Below, piece after piece: positions 47,023 to 57,688 of a stretch of DNA of 64,000 nucleotides. Within the stretch, counting starts at the first letter, position 1. Each line of letters opens with the position of its first letter. Location: assembly GCF_049970315.1 (NCBI RefSeq), contig NZ_JBMFNE010000014.1, forward strand, positions 18,529 to 82,528. Direction: 5' to 3'. This DNA comes from Chloroflexus sp. Its GTDB lineage: Bacteria; Chloroflexota; Chloroflexia; Chloroflexales; Chloroflexaceae. The notes below the pieces were generated by a model. It made no database searches and was not told the origin of the DNA. It worked only from the letters and a program-made list of their open reading frames with translations. Both the position numbers and the translations under genes were made by a program.

Positions 47023-47958
47023 CTACCGTAACCCCTTCGCACCGCTCAGATCACAATCGGTTAAGTCGGCGTCGGTTAAGTCGGCATCGGTCAAATCGGC
47101 ATCGGTCAAACTCGCCTCACGGAGATTCACCCCACAAAGATTCGCACCGCGTAAATTGGCACCGCTCAAGTTGGCCCGCGCCAAATTCGCGCGCGTGAAG
47201 CTCGCGTTGCGTAAATGTGCCTCACTGAGATAAATCCCACTCAGGTTAGCATCACTAAAATCGGCATTGCACAAACTTGCCTCACTAAGGTTTGCCTCAC
47301 TCAAATTTGCCCCAATGCAATTCACCTCATCGAGCGTCGCCTCACGTAGATTAGCGTGCATCAAGTTAGCCCCGGCCAAATTCGCGCCGTTGAGGTTTGC
47401 CCCGTTTAAACTGACGCGAAGCAAGATCGCCCCACTCAAGTTCGCTCCACTCAGATTAACCAATTGCGCTTCACGTAGTTGAGCTTCGCTCAGATTGGCG
47501 CCAATCATCACCGTATCACGCAGATCGGCCCCACTTAAGTTACAGAGGCTTAAATTTGCGCCATACAGATTCGCACCGCTGAAATCAGCCGCACTCAGAT
47601 TGGCGCCACGTAGGTTTGCCCCGATCAGCGTTGCAAACTCAAGATTGGCCCAGCTCAGATCAGCTTTGCGTAAATCGGCATCGCTCAAATCGGCCCGCAC
47701 CAATTGCGCCCAATTGAGTTTCGCTTCACGGAGATTGGCCCAGCTCAGATTTGCTTCACCCAACTCACAAATACTCAGATCGGCTCGATAGAGATTGGCG
47801 TCGGTCAGCCGCGCACGACTCAATTTGGCTTCGCTGAGATTCGCCCCGCTGAGGTTTGCGGCACTCAGGTTTGCCCCGCTAAGATTTGCTCCCACTAACC
47901 ACAGTGGGCCAGGCCGGTTGAGTAAATCGTAGATCTGATCAGGTGTCAAATCGGCCAT
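47023..47958 (-). CDS. Pentapeptide repeat protein
   Basis: Nearly the whole sequence consists of A(N/D)LxX pentapeptides. RBS AAGGAGG. Confidence 0.9.
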   Translation of the reverse strand: MADLTPDQIYDLLNRPGPLWLVGANLSGANLSAANLSGANLSEAKLSRARLTDANLYRADLSICELGEANLSWANLREAKLNWAQLVRADLSDADLRKADLSWANLEFATLIGANLRGANLSAADFSGANLYGANLSLCNLSGADLRDTVMIGANLSEAQLREAQLVNLSGANLSGAILLRVSLNGANLNGANLAGANLMHANLREATLDEVNCIGANLSEANLSEASLCNADFSDANLSGIYLSEAHLRNASFTRANLARANLSGANLRGANLCGVNLREASLTDADLTDADLTDADLTDCDLSGAKGLR

Positions 47959-47975
47959 ACAGCCCTCCTTCTTCC

Positions 47976-48657
47976 TCAACGCCCCGGCAAGGCCGGCATT
48001 TTCGCCACCAGCCAGATTGACGCCGGTGCTCCCATTGACCGACAGGCCATCTGCTCAACGGCAAACTAACTCATGCCCGGTTTGCCAGTGTAATGCTTCT
48101 TGCAAGATTCCGCACTGGATGTAACCAATCGGTTCATCTGCCTGCTTACCGGCTGACATTGCACATGTGTAGTCGATGTATGCCCACGCCTCGCCACGAT
48201 CCTCAATCGCCAAGCGCCGGTCTTGGTTCACTGCCTGACTAAGCCGACGTAAACCGGCTTGCATCGCCGATAAGCCGAGTTTGACCTGGGTAGCGAATGG
48301 CAAGACCTTCGAGGCGATTAACGCCGCAGTTCCAAACAACGCACTCTGCTGCTCGATAGCCAATCGAGCGGTCTGTCGGCCAATCCGTAGTGCCATACTC
48401 CTTGCCGAACGGCCGAAGAAGTTGAGTAGACCGGCGTTGAGCGAGGCGTAATGGTAAAAGGTGAGGCCACTCGTCGCCTTCAGATGTTCGGGCGGATAGT
48501 TACCGATGAGATGGCTAAGACCGGCTTGGCGCAAGACCACGGCTAACCCGTTGCGCCCGATCACTTCTTCCGCCGCCAGTAAGGCCCAACGCATATACGC
48601 ATCGACCAACAGCATATCGGCAACCGGATCGTGGTCGGGGCGATCGCGGATCTCCAT
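47976..48657 (-). pseudogene. V4R-like domain protein frameshifted near its 3' end
   Basis: AACT is duplicated at 48064-48071. Removing 4 bp restores ...HEFAVEQMACRSMGAPASIW... and a 678-nt ORF. Confidence 0.75.
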
Positions 48658-48755
48658 GCTCTCCTCCTCTGCGCGCCCTCAGTGTGTGGATACGCATAGG
48701 ATACCACAAACCGGTAGCAGATTTGACTGCTACTAAGATAAACGTGAACAGTGCG

Positions 48756-48790
48756 AAAAATAACGAGGACGACGCACTGCGTCGTCGTTA
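48756..48790 (-). terminator. Intrinsic terminator of the pot operon
   Basis: Minus strand GACGACGC-AGT-GCGTCGTC stem, followed by CTCGTTATTTTT. Confidence 0.7.
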
Positions 48791-48815
48791 TGACAGAATC
48801 ATTATCGTCGTATTC

Positions 48816-49964
48816 TTACTGACCTTTAATCTCCGTCCATAGATCGTCAAAAACCGTCGTCCCTTCGTTACGCACGATCCACTCTAGCCGCTTATACATC
48901 TCTTCATTTGGCGCAAAACCTTGGGCGTAGAGCGTGCGCAACTCCTCCGACAGCAACTCGAGGGCATCCTTGTTTGGCGATAGATAACCGATGTATTCGG
49001 TATTCTGGGCCGAGATCTCCGGACGCAGGAGGTAGTTGATGAACACGTGCGCAGTGTAGGCATGTGGCGAGTCTTTCAAGATGACAAAATTGTCCATCCA
49101 AATAGTGCCACCCTCTTTCGGTACGATAAAGGCAATATTCGGATTACCGCTAAACTCTTCACCCAACCCATTGCGGGCTTGAATAGCTGTGCCACTCCAC
49201 GCATGCGCCAGGACATATTCTTCACTGGCGAGTTTGCGGTTGACATCCGAGCTGTTGTATGCTGCTAAGTACTGCTTTTGAGCCAGTAAAATCTCCTTCA
49301 CCCGCGCTAATGCTGTCGGATCGGTCGAATTGAGTGATTGACCAATGTAACGCAGTACTGCACCCGGTGTCTCCCGCGCATCGTCAAGCATGCTGAATTT
49401 ACCGGCAAATGCAGCAACTTGATCTGGTTCAAGGATGGCTGCCCAACTATCAATTCCATTGGGGAAGAACTTCGTGTTGTATGCAATGCCGGTCAGACCG
49501 TACATGTACGGGAGTGAATAGACATTCCCCTTATCGAAATACTGATCGAGCAAGTTTGGATCAAGATGAATGATGTTAGGGATGAGCGACTTATCAATCG
49601 GCAGTGCCATTCCTTCGGCGATCATGATCTGCACGGCGTAATCCGATGGTACGACAAGATCGTAGCCCGAATTACCGGCACGGATCTTTGCCAACATGTC
49701 TTCGTTACTATCGTAGGTGTCGATGATCACCTTCACGCCGTACTCAGCCTCGAATTGATCGAGGATGGCGGGGTCAATATAATCTGACCAATTGTAGAAG
49801 TAGAGTTCCTTTGCCAGCTTGCTGCGATCAACGCCATCGGTGGTGGTTGTGGTATCACCACCACTCGCCCCGTACTCATTACCCGGCCCATCTGTGGTAC
49901 TGCCACCGCCACAAGCTGTTAGCGCCAGCAACAGCGCTACGAGAAATACCCGGAGCATCTGCAT
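48816..49964 (-). CDS. potD: Spermidine/putrescine ABC transporter substrate-binding lipoprotein
   Basis: Lipobox LTAC, YNWSDYID, DSNEDM, GYDLVVPSDY, WSG, PKEGGTIWMD. Confidence 0.88.
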   Translation of the reverse strand: MQMLRVFLVALLLALTACGGGSTTDGPGNEYGASGGDTTTTTDGVDRSKLAKELYFYNWSDYIDPAILDQFEAEYGVKVIIDTYDSNEDMLAKIRAGNSGYDLVVPSDYAVQIMIAEGMALPIDKSLIPNIIHLDPNLLDQYFDKGNVYSLPYMYGLTGIAYNTKFFPNGIDSWAAILEPDQVAAFAGKFSMLDDARETPGAVLRYIGQSLNSTDPTALARVKEILLAQKQYLAAYNSSDVNRKLASEEYVLAHAWSGTAIQARNGLGEEFSGNPNIAFIVPKEGGTIWMDNFVILKDSPHAYTAHVFINYLLRPEISAQNTEYIGYLSPNKDALELLSEELRTLYAQGFAPNEEMYKRLEWIVRNEGTTVFDDLWTEIKGQ

Positions 49965-49994
49965 CTTTTCCTCCCTTCCTATCGTAAACCTATC

Positions 49995-50861
49995 TCAGCG
50001 CCGTCGCTGTAGTAGCTGCGAGAGCGCAACCAGGGTCATCGACAAGAGAAGCATTAACGTTGAAATGGCGTTTATTTCAGGGGTAACTGCCCGGCGCACA
50101 CGGTTATATACTTCGACCGGTAGTAAAGAGGTACCAGGACCGGACAAAAACAGTGAAATGATGAAATCATCGAGTGAAAGCGTAAACGCGAGTAATGCCC
50201 CACCGGCAATACCGGGTAAGATCAGTGGAAAGGTGATCCGCCAGAAGATGTTCCAGCTATTTGCACCGAGATCGGCAGCCGCTTCTTCAAGACGGCGGTC
50301 GAAGTTTTTCAGACTGGTGCGTACAACGACCACCACGAACGAGATACTGAACGCAATATGACCGATAGTAACGGTCGTAAGATTACGGCGCAGCGTCTCT
50401 CCGGTCAGCCATTTGATCACATCGAACACAATTGCCGAAAAGGCGAGCAGAGCTACCGCCATCACGATTTCAGGTACAACGATTGGGAGATAGATCAGTC
50501 CTTCCATCGCATTACGCCCGCGAAAGCGATAGCGCTCCATTGCTATCGCCAGAAGCGTGCCGATAACCGTTGACACAAGGGTAGAGACACTCGCCACCAC
50601 GAGCGTATTCCAAGCCGCCCCCATCATACGGGGGTTATTGAAGAGGCGGATGTACCAATCGAGAGTAAACCCGGTCCAACGTACCCCAAACTCGTCGCGC
50701 GTAAACGAGAAGAGCACGAGAATGGCGATCGGTGCGTAGAGAAACAGGTACACGAGTACCGAAAAGAGAGTTAATCCCAACCCGCTCCACGTCAACTGCC
50801 CGGCAACAAAGACCTTGCGGCTCCGCGTTGCCGTTGTCGTAGCAGGCGCTGTTTTGATCAT
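49995..50861 (-). CDS. potC: Polyamine ABC transporter permease
   Basis: FLYAPI..LVLFSF, LEEAAADLGA, AFTLSLDDF. Confidence 0.88.
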   Translation of the reverse strand: MIKTAPATTTATRSRKVFVAGQLTWSGLGLTLFSVLVYLFLYAPIAILVLFSFTRDEFGVRWTGFTLDWYIRLFNNPRMMGAAWNTLVVASVSTLVSTVIGTLLAIAMERYRFRGRNAMEGLIYLPIVVPEIVMAVALLAFSAIVFDVIKWLTGETLRRNLTTVTIGHIAFSISFVVVVVRTSLKNFDRRLEEAAADLGANSWNIFWRITFPLILPGIAGGALLAFTLSLDDFIISLFLSGPGTSLLPVEVYNRVRRAVTPEINAISTLMLLLSMTLVALSQLLQRRR

Positions 50862-51727
50862 CGCTCTTCCTCCGTCGTTACGCGGAAGTACATCATGATC
50901 AGCACCAGCAAGACTAACATCATCAGTACCGCCAGCGCTGAACCGAGTGGCCAGTTGATCGGATTTGCGCGCAAGAAGAAGCGTTGAATCAAGTTGCCGA
51001 GATAGTCGACTTTCGCCCCTCCTAATAGTTCGGAGACGACAAACTGGCCCAGCGTCGGAATGAACACCAACACTGAGCCAGCCACGACTCCCGGCATTGT
51101 CATCGGTAACATCACGCGGAGAAACGCTTGTACCCTATTCGCGCCTAGATCGGCTGCTGCTTCCATTAACGTGAAGTCGAACCGATCTATTGCTGCATAC
51201 AGCGGCAGGACCATAAACGGTAACTCACCATAAATCAGACCGATCAACGTAGCCCCTTCCGTATTGAGGAGAGTCAGCCGGCCTACCCCGATCAATTCGA
51301 GTATACTATTGATAATGCCGTTGTTCGATAGAATGATCTGCCAGGCGTAAATGCGCACCAAAAAGTTCGTCCAAAACGGGATCAAGATCAGCATTAACAG
51401 CGGCATGCGCCATTGTTGTGGGCTACGGGCAATGAAGACGGCAAGCGGATAGCCGATCAGGAGACAGATCACCGTCGTCAGCACACTCGTCCAGATCGAA
51501 CGCCAATATGCGTTGATGTACAAACTCTGGGTAAAGATGGTAATGTAGTTGTCGAGCGTTGGTTGGTAAACGACTCGCCCCAGTGCATCGTTGGTCATAA
51601 AGCTGTAGACAACGATGATCACCAACGGTAAGGCAAAAAAGAGCAACAGCCAAAGAAAACCGGGGCTGAGGAGCAATGCTAACCGCAGACGATCACGGCG
51701 CTGTTGTTGTTGGTGCAGTGTTGCCAT
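50858..51727 (-). CDS. potB: Polyamine ABC transporter permease
   Basis: LIPFWTNFLVRIYAW, LPFMVLPLY, EAAADLGA, NWPLGSA. Confidence 0.88.
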   Translation of the reverse strand: MATLHQQQQRRDRLRLALLLSPGFLWLLLFFALPLVIIVVYSFMTNDALGRVVYQPTLDNYITIFTQSLYINAYWRSIWTSVLTTVICLLIGYPLAVFIARSPQQWRMPLLMLILIPFWTNFLVRIYAWQIILSNNGIINSILELIGVGRLTLLNTEGATLIGLIYGELPFMVLPLYAAIDRFDFTLMEAAADLGANRVQAFLRVMLPMTMPGVVAGSVLVFIPTLGQFVVSELLGGAKVDYLGNLIQRFFLRANPINWPLGSALAVLMMLVLLVLIMMYFRVTTEEER

Positions 51728-51736
51728 TGACCCTCC

Positions 51737-52834
51737 TCAGTCGCTGAGGACTAGTGCATTATCAGGCGGACAGATGATCACTGCTGCTTCCCCGGGTTGC
51801 CAATACTCATTACGGTCGACGGTGGAGCGTGTATTCTGCTCCCATACGTCAATGGTGCGTCGGTCGTTAAGACGCACAGTGATGCGGGTATCGCTCCCGA
51901 TGTAGTTGACCGTCAACACCGTTCCTGCTAAACCATCAGGTGGTAATTCGCCGTTAGGCGCCATGAGTCGGATCTTTTCGGGCCTGATGGAGTAGGTTAC
52001 CGTCGTACCGTTACTCAGGGGGTTGATGGCTACACCGCGAAACCGTAATCCATCTGGTGTCTCGAGCACGGTATATGCACCGTCCCGCCCGATGACTACG
52101 CCATCGATAAAGTTCGTCTCACCGATAAAATCGGCGACAAAGCGGCAGTTGGGCCGTTCGTAGATTTCAGTTGGTGTTCCTACTTGTAAAATCTTCCCCT
52201 TATTCATGACCGCAATCCGATCAGACATGATCAAGGCCTCTTCCTGATCGTGGGTCACGAACACGAACGTAATCCCAACGCGGGCTTGGAGGCTTTTCAA
52301 TTCATACTGCATCTCTTTCCGCAGTTTTTGGTCGAGCGCACCGAGTGGCTCATCGAGTAAGAGCACTTCAGGATGGTTGACCAGCGCACGGGCTAACGCT
52401 ACCCGCTGCTGTTGCCCGCCGGAGAGTTGCCGTGGCCGACGATGTTCAAGACCGCTGAGTCGCACCAGTTCGAGCGCTTCCTTGACCCGTACTGCAATCT
52501 CAGCCTTGGGTGTCTTCCGCATCTCAAGACCGAAGGCAATGTTTTGGGCGACGGTTAGATGGGGAAAGAGAGCGTATGACTGAAAAACGGTGTTCACCGG
52601 GCGAAGATGAGGTGGGGTTAATCCCATCTCGCGCCCGTGAATTACAATGCTGCCGGAAGTTGGCAGTTCAAAGCCCGCAATCATGCGCAGGGTTGATGTT
52701 TTGCCACATCCGCTTGGTCCCAACAACGAAAAGAACTCGCCGTCACGGATCTGTAGATTCACGTGATCGACCGCAACCACGTCTCCAAATCGCTTGACGA
52801 CATCGCGGAGTTCAATTGCGATCGAGTCGCTCAC
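51737..52834 (-). CDS. potA: Polyamine ABC transporter ATP-binding protein
   Basis: [48 protein letters not shown]-terminus. Confidence 0.9.
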   Translation of the reverse strand: MSDSIAIELRDVVKRFGDVVAVDHVNLQIRDGEFFSLLGPSGCGKTSTLRMIAGFELPTSGSIVIHGREMGLTPPHLRPVNTVFQSYALFPHLTVAQNIAFGLEMRKTPKAEIAVRVKEALELVRLSGLEHRRPRQLSGGQQQRVALARALVNHPEVLLLDEPLGALDQKLRKEMQYELKSLQARVGITFVFVTHDQEEALIMSDRIAVMNKGKILQVGTPTEIYERPNCRFVADFIGETNFIDGVVIGRDGAYTVLETPDGLRFRGVAINPLSNGTTVTYSIRPEKIRLMAPNGELPPDGLAGTVLTVNYIGSDTRITVRLNDRRTIDVWEQNTRSTVDRNEYWQPGEAAVIICPPDNALVLSD

Positions 52835-53319
52835 CTGAACACACCTCCCAAATACGTTGATGAACAGTGATAAGTGACGAAGAGCGAGGTGTTATCGATA
52901 CATTCACCTCGCTTCGCAGTGTTGCCCCGCCAAAAATAAGATACCGGCATCGTGGCCCGCTAGCATCACGCTGTGCGTTGATATGGCAGTAGTATACCAT
53001 AATCTATCAGCGGAATCTTGTGGCATGTTACACAAACAATGTAATGTCATCACCTCAATGGTACCACGTACCGGCCTCGCGTCGCACCGGGATCTAACCG
53101 ATCATCGTTCGCAAACACTGCGGGTAATTCGCCGATCTATTTGTAGTTGTTACCGGAGCACCAAAACCATTCTCACGAAAGAGGAATGCAGTGAGATGAG
53201 CGGCATCGGCATGTAACGAGGAACAGTTCCGCAGCGAGCAGGTCTGTTTCACTCACGCGGTATGAATCGATGGCGGCGCCGTCACGAATGCGTACTCCAT
53301 CTCCGGTAAACTATTCATC

Positions 53320-53351
53320 CCTGCCAGCTCTCTGTGATCAGAGCTGGTAGG
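53320..53351. terminator. Hairpin in the long potA to M24 peptidase intergenic region
   Basis: CCTGCCAGCTCT / AGAGCTGGTAGG 12-bp stem. Confidence 0.5.
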
Positions 53352-53486
53352 ATTTTATCATCATCTGGTGAATAAGGGCAGATCACATGCGCGAAAGGCC
53401 GCGTACCCTGTCAGTCTATCTGTCCACGCCTGCGGGACATCAGCGACTCGGTCTCAGCAATATCATCGTTGACCCAACTACACACC

Positions 53487-54668
53487 TCACCGGATCAACC
53501 ACAACTCCTCTTGTGGCGGACCGATCCACTCGCAACCGTCCGGTGTTACTAGAATCTCTTCTTCAAGCGAAATATAGCCGTAGCGTGTGCGCACGCCAAG
53601 CTCGAGCGTCAAGATCATCCCTGAATCAATGGTGCCATACGGCTTATCACCGTAGCGCTCCCAGCGAGGGTAGAAGCCCACACCACCGTCATGCACGGCT
53701 CGTCCAACCTGATGACCGAGAGCGTGAGGGTATTCCGGGTAGCCGGCAGCCGTAATCGTCTGGCGCGCAACGGCATCGATCTCCCAACCGACAACGCCGG
53801 GTCGGATGGCCGCTGCCGCTGCTCGAATAGCAGCCTTCACCGCATTGAATGCATGCTGGGCTTCCGCAGGTGGTTCGTCCTCACCGGGGCGTAAGCAATA
53901 CCAGACCCGCTGATGGTCTGAGCAGTAGCCGTCGATCTGCACGCCAAAATCCATGTGGAAGATTTCACCGGGGCGCATGATTTCGTCTGATGGACCGGTA
54001 TGACCCCACGGCGAATTGGGACCGGCGTTCAGACCAGGGCAGTGAGTGGGATCCCACGCTGTAGTCGCACCGGCAGCCGCAGTTTGCGCGTGCACAAAGG
54101 CGGCTACCTCGCGTTCACTCACCCCAGGGCGCAGAAAATCACCTACTGCGGTAAAAATGCGCATGCTCAACTCGGCGGCGGCTCGCATCCGCGCCACCTC
54201 TTGTGGCGTCTTACGGCTGCGCAGCGCCGCTACAAAATGCTCCGCCGAAACGAGACGGTCACGATACGGTGTACCATCAAGGTAATCGCATAGGTTAAGG
54301 TACATACCGTAGGTCAATCCGTCGGCACTGACATCACTCCGGCTAATATTGATCCCAATCCGTTTGGGGTCGAGACGTTGCAACAATCTGACCAGCTCAG
54401 GGCCAATACTCTGCGTGTATGGCTGCACTTCATCGAATAGGCCGGTACAGCGCACTGCATCATCATCGCCCAGACCGGTCAGGGCAAAGGCGTGCCCATC
54501 ACGTGTCACGGCAATGGCCGTCGGCCACGTCAAGGAAAAATGACCAAGCAGTTTTAACGCCGGGTCGGTGTGCTCTGACGTTTCGCGGACGAAGATCAGC
54601 CAGAGATCAAGGTCGTGTGCGGCGAGCAATTCGCCGGCTTGGTGCAGTTTTTCGCGAAAGAGATCCAT
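53487..54668 (-). CDS. M24 family Xaa-Pro peptidase
   Basis: H..P, DFG...YCSDHQR, HALGHQVG..VHD, TLELG, LEEE. Confidence 0.88.
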   Translation of the reverse strand: MDLFREKLHQAGELLAAHDLDLWLIFVRETSEHTDPALKLLGHFSLTWPTAIAVTRDGHAFALTGLGDDDAVRCTGLFDEVQPYTQSIGPELVRLLQRLDPKRIGINISRSDVSADGLTYGMYLNLCDYLDGTPYRDRLVSAEHFVAALRSRKTPQEVARMRAAAELSMRIFTAVGDFLRPGVSEREVAAFVHAQTAAAGATTAWDPTHCPGLNAGPNSPWGHTGPSDEIMRPGEIFHMDFGVQIDGYCSDHQRVWYCLRPGEDEPPAEAQHAFNAVKAAIRAAAAAIRPGVVGWEIDAVARQTITAAGYPEYPHALGHQVGRAVHDGGVGFYPRWERYGDKPYGTIDSGMILTLELGVRTRYGYISLEEEILVTPDGCEWIGPPQEELWLIR

Positions 54669-54720
54669 TTGTGGTGCTCCGTATCGATATTCTGATGAAG
54701 GTTAACGCTGTATTGCACGG

Positions 54721-54990
54721 TTACCGCCACAAGCTATTCCATAGGTCCTGTAGCGTCGTCTGCACACCGGCGATTGTCTGCCGGATCGGGTCGGGCGAGA
54801 GGCGCGCATCGAGACGGGTGCGGGCATCTTCGATCACCTCATGGAGCATCCGATGGGCCTCTTCGGCGTGGAGTCGGGTGAGCAATTCGGCGTAAGCATC
54901 AAGCAATTGCTCGCGATCGGCTTTAGGTGTCTCGGCCAGCAGATTCGCCAATAGTTGGCGCGCACGAGTATAAAAATCTTCGATCGCCAT
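54721..54990 (-). CDS. Small helical hypothetical protein (89 aa)
   Basis: AGGAGG RBS upstream of the ATG at 54990; amphipathic helices. Confidence 0.65.
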   Translation of the reverse strand: MAIEDFYTRARQLLANLLAETPKADREQLLDAYAELLTRLHAEEAHRMLHEVIEDARTRLDARLSPDPIRQTIAGVQTTLQDLWNSLWR

Positions 54991-55149
54991 TACCGCTTCC
55001 TCCTGGTGGTGTTGGTGTGTGGTGAGATGGTATCCTGTGTTGCCGATGATCATCGATCAGACGCCACGGCTCACCGAATCGTTGCGCTTTGCGCGACAGA
55101 AACGAGAAAAGCGCAACCTACTGCTACCGACGACCTGCGTAAATACGGC

Positions 55150-57498
55150 TCAGCCGTTCTCTCTTATCGAGGAGAGACCGTCGTGGCGCAAAACCTCACG
55201 TGAACGACTCCCATCGGCAGGACCAACATACCCCTGCTGTTCAAGCAGATCGATCAACTGTTGCGCTTTGGAATACCCAATCCGTAAGCGTCGTTGCAAG
55301 AGCGAAGCTGAAGCACGCTGGTGTTGTGAGACCAACGCAATCGCTTGTGGTAATAGTTCATCTTGTTCGGCAGGTGAGAGGAACTCTGCCGGAGGTTGGA
55401 AGCCCTCGCCCCCGGCCGTTGGCTGGCTTGTGCCACCGGTATGCTGCTCACCAGATGTCGATTCGGTCGGTGGCGATGCGTTACGCCAGAACTCAACGAT
55501 CCGTTCGACCTCATGATCGGCCACATAGGTGCCCTGAATGCGGATCAGCTTTGCCGAATCGGCGGCCATATACAGCATATCACCCCGCCCTAACAGATGT
55601 TCGGCGCCCGGTACGTCGAGAATCACGCGACTATCAACTTGTGATGTGACGGCAAAAGCGATGCGTGAGGGGAAGTTGGCCTTGATCAGACCGGTAATGA
55701 CATCCACCGAGGGGCGTTGCGTGGCGATGATCAGATGGATTCCGGTGGCACGAGCCATCTGCGCCAAGCGGCAGATGTAGGTCTCGACTTCATCGGCGGC
55801 CATCATCATCAAATCGGCCAGCTCATCAATGACTATTACGATATAGGGCATCGGCTCAAGATCGGCCCGTTTGCGCATCAGTTGTCGGTAGCTGTCAATA
55901 TTGCGACACCCATTGCGTGCAAACACTTTATAGCGCCGTTCCATCTCACGGGTTGCCCATTTGAGGGTCGGTACAACTCGCTCGACCTCGGTGACCACCG
56001 GCGAAAGGAGGTGGGGAATATGATTGTAGACAATCATCTCGACCATCTTCGGGTCGATCAAGATCAGCTTCAGCTCATCAGGAGTGTGTTTCAGGAGTAG
56101 CCCGCAGAGGAAGGCATTAATTGCTACCGATTTACCTGAACCGGTTGCCCCGGCCACCAGCAAGTGCGGCATTTTGGTCAGATCGGCAATGATCGGGGTG
56201 CCACTCACATCCTTGCCGAGCGGTAACTTGAGCCGCCCGCGATGGAGTTCGTACTCTTCACTATCGAGCACTTCACGCAGCGTGACCATCGCGATGGCGC
56301 TGTTGGGAATCTCGATCCCGACTACATTCTTCCCTGGAATCGGTGCCTCGATCCGGATCGATTGCGCGGCGAGTGCCAGCGCCAGGTCGCGTTCGAGGGT
56401 CATGATTTTGGCTACTTTCACCCCAACTGCCGGCTGCAATTCAAACTGCGTTACTGCCGGTCCGGTATTGACACCGACGACCCGTGCCTCGACTTTAAAG
56501 CTTGCCAGTGTCTCTTCGATCACGCGCGCTTTCAACCGACGTTCTTCATCGGTGATCCCCCCCTCTATCGTTCGCTCGAGGAGCAGATCAAGCGATGGCA
56601 GGGGCCATGCCCGGCGTACCGGCGAAATCTCAAAGCCGTCGAGTGGTTCTTGTACGATCTCTTGAGTCGGTTCGGGCTTCGTTGGTGTGAGGGGTTTGGC
56701 CGGTTCGGGCGGTTTGGTTGATGGTGGTGGTAACTCAGGTGTAGGTCGTTGGAAAAGACTGGCCCGAGTTGGGCGAGCGGCGATGGGGGTTGGGATAATA
56801 TCATCAATTTCCCCTTGCGGCGGTGGGGCAAACACCAGATCGGAGATCGAGCGTCGGGTTGAGGTTGTCGGTGGTGGTGTGCGACGTGGTGCGCTCCACA
56901 TGAACTGCCAGAGCGCTATCGTCCGCTCAACCATACCTACAGTCAGCTCGCGCACGGTGAGGTTGAAGGTGAGCAATACACCGACAAAGCCTAGGGCCAG
57001 GATCACAACCACTGCCGCGATCTGCCCGATAGCTATGTACAGTGTCTCGCACAGCCAATAGCCGATCCAACCACCACCCTCGTTCAACCGGTCACCGATG
57101 GCAATGTTGTGTACCGGTACTTCGAGCAAGCCAAGTATAGCAAGAAGTATCAGTAGAGTACCGAGGACGTTTGCCCCACTCAGACTGGCATCGCTCAACT
57201 GCTCTTGCCAGAGAATAGCGATCCCGATCAGCACGAGGGTGAGCGGGATAAAGAAGATCCCTGCGCCAAACAGCGAGCGAACACCATTAAGATATAGATC
57301 GCCGATCCGACCTGACTCGCCGGTCACGACGAAGATGATCGTGATCGCAGCGATCAGAATCAACCCCAGCGCAAATAGCTCTCGCTGATGTTCGGGTCGC
57401 AACGAGATAGCCCAGCTCGTCTTCGCGCTCCTCTTGCGGCTGCGACTGCCGTTGGATCGCCGCTTACTTTCTGATTTATTCCCGCTGCGTGAGGCCAT
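55150..57498 (-). CDS. ftsK: FtsK/SpoIIIE DNA translocase
   Basis: N-terminal 4-TM domain, Pro-rich linker, HLLVAGATGSGKS, DELADLM, ATQRPS, gamma domain LLQRRLRIGY. Confidence 0.94.
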   Translation of the reverse strand: MASRSGNKSESKRRSNGSRSRKRSAKTSWAISLRPEHQRELFALGLILIAAITIIFVVTGESGRIGDLYLNGVRSLFGAGIFFIPLTLVLIGIAILWQEQLSDASLSGANVLGTLLILLAILGLLEVPVHNIAIGDRLNEGGGWIGYWLCETLYIAIGQIAAVVVILALGFVGVLLTFNLTVRELTVGMVERTIALWQFMWSAPRRTPPPTTSTRRSISDLVFAPPPQGEIDDIIPTPIAARPTRASLFQRPTPELPPPSTKPPEPAKPLTPTKPEPTQEIVQEPLDGFEISPVRRAWPLPSLDLLLERTIEGGITDEERRLKARVIEETLASFKVEARVVGVNTGPAVTQFELQPAVGVKVAKIMTLERDLALALAAQSIRIEAPIPGKNVVGIEIPNSAIAMVTLREVLDSEEYELHRGRLKLPLGKDVSGTPIIADLTKMPHLLVAGATGSGKSVAINAFLCGLLLKHTPDELKLILIDPKMVEMIVYNHIPHLLSPVVTEVERVVPTLKWATREMERRYKVFARNGCRNIDSYRQLMRKRADLEPMPYIVIVIDELADLMMMAADEVETYICRLAQMARATGIHLIIATQRPSVDVITGLIKANFPSRIAFAVTSQVDSRVILDVPGAEHLLGRGDMLYMAADSAKLIRIQGTYVADHEVERIVEFWRNASPPTESTSGEQHTGGTSQPTAGGEGFQPPAEFLSPAEQDELLPQAIALVSQHQRASASLLQRRLRIGYSKAQQLIDLLEQQGYVGPADGSRSREVLRHDGLSSIRENG

Positions 57499-57581
57499 GG
57501 TTCACCGGCTATCTACCAGTAGATATGTGGCATGATTATAGCATATTTGTGCGAGCAAGGGTGATCGCGGTTATCACCATC

Positions 57582-57610
57582 TTTACAAATCGCCTTCGAG
57601 CCCATATAAT
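57582..57610 (+). promoter_or_regulatory. Sigma70-type promoter of greA
   Basis: TTTACA, 17 bp spacer, TATAAT. Confidence 0.7.
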
Positions 57611-57655
57611 TGTGGCTAGGAGCAACAGAGTCGGCAACGACTTAGCTCCTTACTC

Positions 57656-57688
57656 TAACTGAGAGAATCGCTCTCAGTTATTCTTTTT
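57656..57688 (+). terminator. Intrinsic terminator in the greA leader
   Basis: TAACTGAGAG-AATCG-CTCTCAGTTA perfect 10-bp stem followed by TTCTTTTT. Confidence 0.72.

Noticed and set aside
47023-47958. Qnr/MfpA-type gyrase-protecting protein
   Set aside because: Very regular A(N/D)L repeats typical of the abundant uncharacterised pentapeptide class. No linkage to gyrA, and no Qnr-specific features recognisable by eye.
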